DNA from: Haliotis cracherodii
Taxonomy: Eukaryota
Reading direction: 5' to 3'
NCBI RefSeq assembly: GCF_022045235.1
Contig: NW_027266268.1
Span: forward strand, 12,028,001 to 12,092,000
Length of the DNA: 64,000 bases
In this document: piece after piece, positions 55,493 to 64,000 of the stretch
Position numbering within the stretch: position 1 is the stretch's first letter
Layout of the letters: each line of letters starts with the position of its first letter
Program-made: the position numbers and the translations under genes
Notes under the pieces: model-generated
The model's input: only the letters and a program-made list of their open reading frames with translations
Database searches by the model: none
What the model was told of the DNA's origin: nothing

Positions 55493-58221
55493 GCTGGAAT
55501 ATTGCTAAAAGCGCCGTAAAACCATACTCACTCACTCACTCTCTCTCTGGGATGTTCTGTGAAAATATGTTATCACGTACCTGTTTCTGTAGTTCCTGTA
55601 CAGTTGAATTTAGAACTTGTACACGGAGCTGTGATGAGTCCAGCACACGTCTGACTTGAAGAGGTATCACAAAAACCTGAAATGAATTCTCTGGTCAATA
55701 CATGACGCTCGTTATAAATTATCATTTCTAAATTTTGACGTATATTAGATGTTATACTTTCTGGAGGACAGCCCACAACAGCATCCAAGCCCAGCGTGAC
55801 CTGAACATGCACTGTCTCAAAATCACTTGATTGTCTGATCCAGACTCGATTGTTTACAGGTCGAGACGCCATCATGAATATTGTCGACTGCAGCTTTAAT
55901 CAACAAACAAACAAATAATAACATAGGAATATGTGTACGTATGGTCACCACAACATAAATATATTCTTGGATATCGATAGTTTCATTTATCTATGCTTTC
56001 CACAAATGTAAACGAGATCCTACCATGGGTATATCGCGTCAAGTATATTCCTCGAGTAGTGGTTCCTAAAACGATATCCCTCATGTTCATTTGATTAGTG
56101 TCAGAGTATTAATTTCACAATAACAAGATCCGGGGTAGAAAAGATCTTCAGCAACCCATGCTTTCCGTAAAAGGCGACTATACTTGTTGTAAAAGGCGAC
56201 TGACGGGATCGGATGGTCAGGCTCGCTGACTTGGTTGATGCATGTCATCGATCCCAATTGCGTGGATCGATGCTCATGATGTCAATCCCTGGATTGTCAT
56301 GTCCAGACTCGGTTATTTACAGACCGCCGTCATATAGCTGGAATATTGCTGAGTGCGGCGTTAAACAACAAACAAACAAACACAATAACAAAATAGAGTT
56401 TTCTTGGTTCCTTGGACTGTGATAGCAGGCCTTGGCGAAGATTACAACTAAACATACACAATGTAGCAAGATAACTGTCATCAACAACGTTATTTTGGGA
56501 TAACATATTGTTTGGATATACAGTATGTTAATTAGAAAAATGTTCTGAGTGGCGAATGACTAGATTGTTATCTAACCACTGATCAGGATAAATCGCTACT
56601 GAAAGAAGTTTTAGCCTGATTGAATTTTTACCAACAAAGAGACCACCTCTGTGGTCTAGTGGTTAAAGCGTTGACCTGAGAGTGGAAGGTCGGTGGTTCG
56701 ATATCACTACCTCACCCATAGAAACCAAGAGAAGTCTACTATCACGTTTCATTGTACATGAGTACCTACCTGGGTGTGTATAATATATATTGTTATCGAA
56801 CCACTGATCAGTTTAAATTGGGTAAACTGTTAGAAGAAAAACCGAACTGTGTTATAACCGTCAGAGATGAATAAACACTAACAAAGAGAGCCCAGACTCC
56901 TATCAAGTTCCATCGTTGTACCTACCTGGGTGTGTGAGTCCAGTTGTCCTTGCGGGCGTGGCTCCTCTTGTCCACATGCACTGTGGGTCACCCAGCTCTT
57001 GACCATTGGTCATCCCATCACCATCAGAGTCCATATTACACACATTCGCCCACTGTGTGGCCAGGAAAGTGTTTGATTAAAAAATGTTTGCGAATATGTT
57101 GGCATTGATGGTCTAATCGTCTAAATCATGGCAAATTGCCAAGTAGGGTTGGGTCCCGTAGGAGTAGCATGATCCGATGATCGTGAGTTCGAAGGCTAAA
57201 TGCCTGATAATGATCCTTTCGTTAGTTGTTACGTACATTTTATCCGTCTTTTTCCCCACAAGCTGACGTGCCGTAATATAAATCAATTCCTGTTCAAAGC
57301 GGTGTTAAAAACAAGTCACTCACTCTCTTACGTTACGTCTGTTCGCGTTCGACCTCACCAGACAGACTTTATCGTTCACGTGAAAACATGAAGATGCAAA
57401 CAGTGATATAAAAATCAACACATGGGAACAAATGGGAAACGCGGAGCAATGTATATCGGGAAATGATCATGAATATCAACATTCACAGGTTAGTGTGTTC
57501 AGCGTTCATGCTCTCGTTAACACTTTATCTTACAAAAAAATCCTCAGTTATATATTCTCACCGTTCTGCCCTGGTTTGCAAAATCAATGCCGAACTGATT
57601 TGTGTCACCTCCACCCCCGGGATTCAGATGCCCCACCCCATGCCACAGCTCCCCCGTCACACAAGGGTTGGGCAGGGTGTAGCCATTGGGTATCATGTCC
57701 CTGTACCCGCTATGGCCATAGATCACCCCAATGCATGTGAAGAAAGCGGCAAATCTGGACAAACATAAACAGGAACTTAACTTAAATGGTTCACAAGTAC
57801 AGTACAGTGTAGCAGCATTGATAGCATGAAACTTATTGTTACGAATGCTTTGAAACCTTCCAACACAGATCAGCTGGGCCCCGTTCCAAAAAGCGATCTT
57901 AGCGCTACGAGTATCGTAAGCCAGTGTTAAAGTAAGGGAGTTATGATCACCTATGCGCTAAGATAGCTTTGTGAAACGGGGCTCAGGTGTTGTTCTGAAA
58001 CAAACTATCTCTTACAACCGTTTAAGGAAAAGTAAACACGACGAGAGGTTTCGCTTCGTAAAACCCGCTATTGACACATGTACCTCATATTATCGATATA
58101 ATACATCACCTACCGATACGAAACTCATATCGCGGGACATGGTATCGCGATATGTGATTATCGTGCTTGCAAGGTTATAAAATGTCCAAACGGTCATTCT
58201 CGCCTACCTTACGGTAAACAT
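47999..58221 (-). CDS. Temptin-domain copper type II ascorbate-dependent monooxygenase (DBH/TBH/MOXD1-like), 559 aa; exons 58221-58208, 57754-57562, 57052-56926, 55676-55581, 55042-54863, 54389-54235, 52431-52188, 51410-51317, 50848-50566, 48292-47999
   Basis: Ten GT-AG-bounded exons sum to 1680 nt with matching phases. Signal peptide MFTVRFAAFFTCIGVIYG. Temptin motifs IPNG..PNPC..WHGVGH..GGG..NQFGIDF and CNMDSDGDGMTNGQELGDPQCMW. Copper-ligand motifs VVHH, QFHW, NHMH and NEMC. Hydrophobic C-terminus. The 14-nt first exon is the least certain. Confidence 0.88.
53772..54206 (+). mobile_element. SINE family E ((CACCT)n tail; central part resembles the Meta domain from memory), spans an N gap; copies near 28145-28405, 44800-45060 (-), 52840-53070 (-), 56642-56705, 58540-58815 (-)
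   Basis: tRNA-like head (gtggtctag..ggttcgatctcc), gtcgtaccaaaagacgttaaaagatggtacttgttg..ggcattaag, tail ttcacctcacctcacc. Confidence 0.72.
54028..54170. other. Assembly gap
   Basis: Run of N inside a family E SINE. Confidence 1.
55201..55616. repeat. Three tandem copies of an ~70-bp unit (3' end of monooxygenase exon 4 plus its donor site) separated by (CT)n
   Basis: gggatgttctgtga..tatca(a/c)gtacctgtttctgtagtt(g/c)ctgtacagttgaatttagaac near 55203, 55339 and 55549. Confidence 0.92.
56127..56380 (+). mobile_element. SINE-like family B; further copies near 3820-4040, 16100-16290, 22310-22540, 40650-40880, 53500-53705, 60936-61172, 62800-62995
   Basis: 11-bp target-site duplication cacaataacaa (56116-56126 and 56381-56391). 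Confidence 0.88.
57874..57986. mobile_element. Small palindromic MITE (Harbinger-like ends) in monooxygenase intron 1
   Basis: ctgggccccgttccaaaaagcgatcttagcgc ... gcgctaagatagctttgtgaaacggggctcag. Confidence 0.7.
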
Positions 58222-59062
58222 GTTGATCAATGTCAAGCTATACCCGCAAGCTTTTCTGCCTTCTGTTGATGGTGCGATTGATTCTAAGGTTCACTCAATA
58301 TCAACACTGTATATATGAAATAGGAGCAACCTTTGAACTTATGTAGTGAATCCCAACTCTTATGCAAGCTCGATGACAGTGCAGTAAAAGTAGGTCAGGA
58401 TCTTTCAATGCAAATACGTTGTCAGGGTTTGGCTCAGCAGTGAATTTATAACAACACTTTCTCACATACCAAATAACAACCCAATCTTTTCACAGTTTGA
58501 AAGAGTCGATGACCTTGTATGCTGAATATTGCACCTGAATAGGCGAGGTGAGGTGCAATTGGGGTTTAACGTGACGTTCAGGTTTATTGCAATTATATAG
58601 CGACGTGCATTCATTTGTAAGCGTGGCTGCTTGCACTTGTCCGTGTAATGTTGATTTTGTAGTGCTAGCCCAATGAGATACATGAACCACTACCGCTGTT
58701 TGACATTGCTACCCCTCTCAGGCACAGTAAACTGACTCCGTGCCAACCTGTCTTTGTTTAACCCTCTTAATGCCGAACGCCAGACAGGGTAACAACAAGT
58801 ACCATATTTTAAGGTATTTTGGAAACTGGTGTATGGTTTCATTCAGAAATAAATTTTAAAAGACGCGATACCTGTTTATGTTTGAACTTGCCGTTAACTT
58901 AAAGATGTAGACGTGTTTAGTTGTACCAAGCAGGGAGTGCGTCTCTAACTAGATAAGTATCGCTTTAGATACATCTGCACGTTTCGTGTTCTTTCAGCTC
59001 GTGCTGGTAATGGACGCACGCTGCACGTCCTGCTGAACACAGCCGCTCACAGACACCAAAAA

Positions 59063-59250
59063 GGGGCGGTCGGGTAGCCTAGTGGTTAAAGCGTTCGCAC
59101 GCCACGCCGAAGACCCGGGGTCGATTCCCGACATGGGTACAATGTGTGAAGCCCATTTCTGGTGTCCCCCGTCGTGATATTGCTGGAATATTGCTAAAAG
59201 CGTCGTAAAACCATACTCACTCACTCACTCACTCACTCACTCACTCACTC
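59063..59250 (+). mobile_element. SINE family A, full length; partial copies near 36117-36210, 39159-39300, 52476-52592, 55493-55540, 63547-63700
   Basis: Target-site duplication agacaccaaa (59051-59060 and 59253-59262); long ACTC tail. Confidence 0.9.
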
Positions 59251-59397
59251 AGAGACACCAAACTGCAGACCCTTTATTTTAACCCGGATTATAACCACGT
59301 GTTCAAAATTCAATGATGATGTTTATCCCTTGCAAACTGGATATTTCTTGAAAAGCGCACTTTGCGATTCTTGTCATGTCTGTAAAATTCATTAATT

Positions 59398-59695
59398 GCA
59401 TGTTTTCACTTCACAAATATTACAACACACGCAATTATCTTCGTTGAATAATGGCGATACTTCGTGGTTCTATTTCGAGTGGCGAGGACATTAATACAAA
59501 GAGCAACACACACGCACACACTCTCTCTCTCTCTTTCTCTCTCTCTTTCTTTCTCTCTCTCTCTCTCTCGTCGCATGTTTTCACTTCACAAATATTAGAA
59601 CACACGCAATTATCTTCGTTGAATAATGGCGATACTTCGTGGTTCTATTTCGAGTGGCGTGGACATTAGTACAAAGAGCAACACACACGCACACA

Positions 59696-59758
<63 letters not shown>
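59398..59758. repeat. Tandem duplication with a 175-bp period, each unit ending in (CT)n
   Basis: gcatgttttcacttcacaaatatta..gagcaacacacacgcacacactctc at 59398 and 59573. Confidence 0.93.
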
Positions 59759-59770
<12 letters not shown>

Positions 59771-61548
59771 GTACACCCGTGCGCGCGCTCGACGTTAAAC
59801 TCTATGTCCCCTCACCCAACACCATTCATTTAAACACGGTTTTCAAAATATTCCTGCCATGATATAGTACGTAATTACTGTTTACTGACATTCCTATTCC
59901 ACTTCAGATCAACTTGCATTGTGTCCAGTGTCGTGTTTAAATCTACGTGCATATTGTCCTGGCATAAATAGTTGTTTGATAAATACTACTGTGATGTATG
60001 TACGTGTAAGTGCGTTATTAGACACATCTACATCAATGTCAATGCTTTGTAACTTAAAATCAAATATTAACTATAGATCTCTCTTTATGGTTCACACACT
60101 GTATGTGTCATTTTGATATAGCAATATCACTTAGTAAAAACTCGCAATAACTACATTTAAAGAAATTTTATGTTTTGGTAATTCCACGAGCATTGTGTTT
60201 CAATTCTATCACAGAGAGAATAGTTGACTCTAAATAGAAAAACAGCAGAAATTATTATTCCAAACTGTAATAGATATACATGTATGTTATAATGTTGTAA
60301 ACATAATAGATATTAACACACAATGCCATTTAGAAAGTGGTCAAATGTAACAAATGTTAACGTTATATTTGGGATAACACTTTCTTAGTAAAGTACAGAT
60401 TCTCATACTTTCTTTGGTTTAGTCCTGTCCGGAATTCGAACAAACATTGCCAGAGTGAGGCACCTAATCGCCAAATGAAGTCAGCGATTTATCCCACACA
60501 GCCACCGATGCTCCCACAAAAATGAAAGTCCGACAACTGGTTGTCTAGATCACGTACTCTGTCGGACTTTCACTTTTGTGGGAGCAAAAACTGTCACTCA
60601 ATGCCCTCAACGTGCTTGTCAACGTTTACAAAACGATCTTTCAGCACACTGTCACTTGATTGAGTGAACGTCTAAAAGTTGTGATCCTGTCATCACAATT
60701 TTTTCATCGCTACCTTTGACTTGCGCCAATTTCAGCTCAATGGCTTTCAATTCTGAGTGTTTTGGGGTGGACAAAGAAGATGGCATCCATTTACCTCCCC
60801 AATCTTATCAGTAGTATACACAGCCTTAGACTTATCGGCTGTGATATGAGTGTACAACACAGGGTTAGTTGTTGTCCCAGGGTAGGATATGTTTATTTGG
60901 TTCAACCAAGTCTGGTGTACTCACTGTCGATGATACCCGCGAAGATGCAGGTAAGAATTGATCTTCAGCAACCTATGATTGTCGTTAGGGGATCTAAAGG
61001 AATCGCGTTGTCAGGCTCGCTGACCTGGTTGATACACTTCATCGTATCCCAATAGCGTAGATCGGTGCTCATGATGTTAATCACTGGATTGTCTAGTCCA
61101 AACTCGATTATTTACAGACCGCTGTGGTATAGCTTGAATAGTGCTGAGTGCGGCATTAAACAACAAACAAACATTCAAATCTTGACATATGAACAATGTT
61201 ATGCACAATTGATTTGCACCTAAACTTCATAGTGCTTTACACAGTGGTGTAAACGAGTGGTATCACAGACACAGGTGATAACAAACTCCAAATACACTGA
61301 GGTGTTTTCTCACGTAGAACTTTACCTTGAGGTTATTGTTCAATATAAACCAGCTATGTGTTGGTGCGGAGATGCACTTATAATTATCCCCATCAAATTT
61401 GATGCTGTGATACTCCACCAATAAATGAAAAGTTGAGTGAATCTTTTGATATGTATTGTCCCTTTGATCGAAATTCAATGTAACTGTATCTCAGTGTATA
61501 CGGAGTGACTAACAATTTTAGAAAAAAACTCTCAGAGCCCATTTTGTC

Positions 61549-62079
61549 CATCTTCCAGGGGCAAGGGCGTTAACTAACTTTAAAAGTCCAGTTTCCACCC
61601 TTACCGAACTAAGCTGGAATTTCAAGGCTCGATCGTAGCGCAACCAGTGGCATTGCGAGTTATGCCCCTTCTATGTCCCTGCAACTGACCAATCAGGTTC
61701 CCCCTCGCATATCACTTGCATCTGCTTCAAACAAAATGGCGGCACCCTGTGAAGACGATCTGATCGATAATCAAGATCTATAATGTAATAAGTCGGGTCT
61801 TACCTCTTGAAGTGCATGAAACCACTTGAGCGCCATGATTAAAAACGTGAAAAGATTTGCAAAATATCTGTCAACGCCGAGTTAGTGGTGCACATTCTTT
61901 GAAAATCAAGCAGTCTACGAAATCTGCACGTTGATATCAATATTGTTCGCGAACCAGATGTCTAGTTCGTCCCGCGATTTTGATTGGACAAAGCATAAAC
62001 TCCGACATACGAGCCTAGTTCGGCAAGGGTGGAAACTGGACTTTTATAGTCAGTTTAACGCCCTTGCCTCGGGAAGATG
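61549..62079. mobile_element. MITE with about 67-bp terminal inverted repeats (CATCTTCC...GGAAGATG)
   Basis: catcttccaggggcaagggcgttaactaactttaaaagtccagtttccacccttaccgaacta matches the reverse complement of the right end. Flanks attttgtc / atttactc may be a decayed 8-bp duplication. Confidence 0.85.
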
Positions 62080-63068
62080 ATTTACTCTTGAATACACACT
62101 GTCGTTCGGCCGTGAGCAAGCAGAGTCTATTTGAAGGTGTCGGCCTACTTTACAGGGGACTCCATGTTCCATTTCACTCTACCGCCCAAAACCTGAATAA
62201 ACAGTTATGCGGGTGTGGACAAACCAGACTGGCGCGCCTAAATTATTCAATATTTGCTGTTGGCAAATACCACCTTTTTCTTGTGGTTGGGATAGGCCTT
62301 TACAGTCTTAGTGAGATCCCTCTAATAACAGGAAGTATTAACCAATGTAAACACAGTAATTTGTTGAATTCTGTTCCAAAGTAACTGGCCGTAATAGTAA
62401 GTGACAGCATGTTTTGTACAAGTCGCTGGAAAATGAAGTTAGGTTATATCTTGATATACTTATGATACTGTTCACAGCATCGATGAGTACAACTACCTCC
62501 CATACTAACATGTGGAAATCATGCTATTTGTAATAAAACTCGTATGATGCTGTCGTTTGTTGAAGCACACGTATAATACCAGTAGTTCACCATATAGACT
62601 GTCCCGTAAATCGATACCTCCTGAAATATTTTATCGAAAAGTCCCACAGATAATGTTGATTTTCATCTGATTTCTTTCAAACACCTAATTAGTTATTTGC
62701 CAAACGTTCGCAATGTTTTTATCCATCAAGGATATCTGCTCAACCTTAAGCTACAATTCATATCATTTAATGTGTTTATCTTGGCGTAAAGAATTGTATG
62801 CGCATCGTTAGAGGCGACTAACGAGAACGGGTGGTCAGGCTCGATGGCTTGGTTGATACATGTCATCCTATCCTAGTTATGTAGGTCGATGCTCATGCTG
62901 TCACTGGCTTGTCTTGTCCAGCCTCCATTATCTACAGACCGCCGCCATATAGCTGGAATATTGCTGGGTGCAAGGTTAAACAACAAACAAACAAAACAAT
63001 AATAAAACTATCTTGGTTCAACTTCAGAGGGAGTAATCGGTTGAAACGGTGATTTTTGTTTGTTTAAG

Positions 63069-63167
63069 TATCTCCTACGTAGGAGATAGGAAGTCCTACG
63101 TAGGAAATACTAAGTCCTACGTAGGAGATAGTGATTCTAGGCCATAGTAAGTCCTACGTAGGAGATG
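63069..63167. repeat. Four copies of the palindrome tcctacgtagga
   Basis: The first copy extends to the perfect 20-bp palindrome tatctcctacgtaggagata. Confidence 0.85.
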
Positions 63168-64000
63168 CTTGGACAAAAAAGATTTTACCGTTGCCCTACT
63201 GTGCTTCCGCAAGACTACAACTGGATAAGAGACTTTTTTCAAGATATATGTGTTCAAGTGGTTCACCAAGTGAAGATGTTGCTGTTTAAATGTTTAGTTT
63301 TGTTTATGAAAGCTGATGGTTCCATAGAAGAATAAAAACTATTCGGCAAAGGTATCTCCCTATTATGAATATTCTCACGATACGGCGCGGCTTATATAAA
63401 TTGTCTCACCAGAGGCAGGGGATAGAAATACAAGCAAGCGAATGGGCAGATAATTTGAAAGAATGTATTTTGTAAGGGTGCATATAAGGATGGCCTACTG
63501 GTGATCATTATAAAAACCCTGCCTCCGTGGTATCTATGGCTGTTAAGGCGCGATGGGGTAGGCTAGTGGGTACACCGTTCGCAAGTCACGCCGAAAACCA
63601 TCGTTTGTTCCTCACACCATGTACCAAGCCTATTTCTGGTGTGCCCCGCTGTAATATTGCTGAAATATTGCTGAAAGCGGCGTAAAACTATATTCACTTG
63701 CTATGGCGGTTAACAAATCAAACGAAGCGCTTCGACTGCTGTAACATTTGTCATGCATCACGTGAATCGCACAACATAGATTAATAACGTTGAATACTGT
63801 CTCTGGTTTGTCATGTTATTGATTGTTATATACAATATTAATGGGACAAGTACATGGGCACCGTAAGCACTAAGTGGGCCGGGCAAAAAACCTATGATCA
63901 ACGTTTCGAATCCCAGATCCACACTGATCATATTTCTGGGTTTGCCTGCACCATGACCGTGCTCGTAGTTTCACCAAAGGGATAAACGTGTACCTTAGTT

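Overview
Eukaryotic, intron-containing animal DNA, most likely a gastropod mollusc (inferred from the temptin domain and repeat types; species not determinable). The left ~44 kb holds six 4-exon beta-tubulin genes (446 aa each): one on the minus strand, head-to-head with five tandem plus-strand copies, followed by a degenerate copy of the last 37 codons. The copies share an axoneme-type EGEF tail and a conserved promoter layout (GGATTA repeats, X-box-like element, CCAAT, TATA). Their introns and UTRs form a mosaic that suggests gene conversion, and copy 3 has a GC splice donor. The right part holds a 10-exon minus-strand gene (559 aa as reconstructed by hand): signal peptide, temptin domain, copper type II ascorbate-dependent monooxygenase (DBH/MOXD1-like, no DOMON domain) and a hydrophobic GPI-like tail. 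The rest is repeats: a deleted Crypton/DUF3504 tyrosine-recombinase element with a 162-bp terminal palindrome, Penelope-like RT relics, at least four SINE families, MITEs, two G-rich minisatellites and three N gaps. All calls come from reading the sequence by eye; no searches were run.
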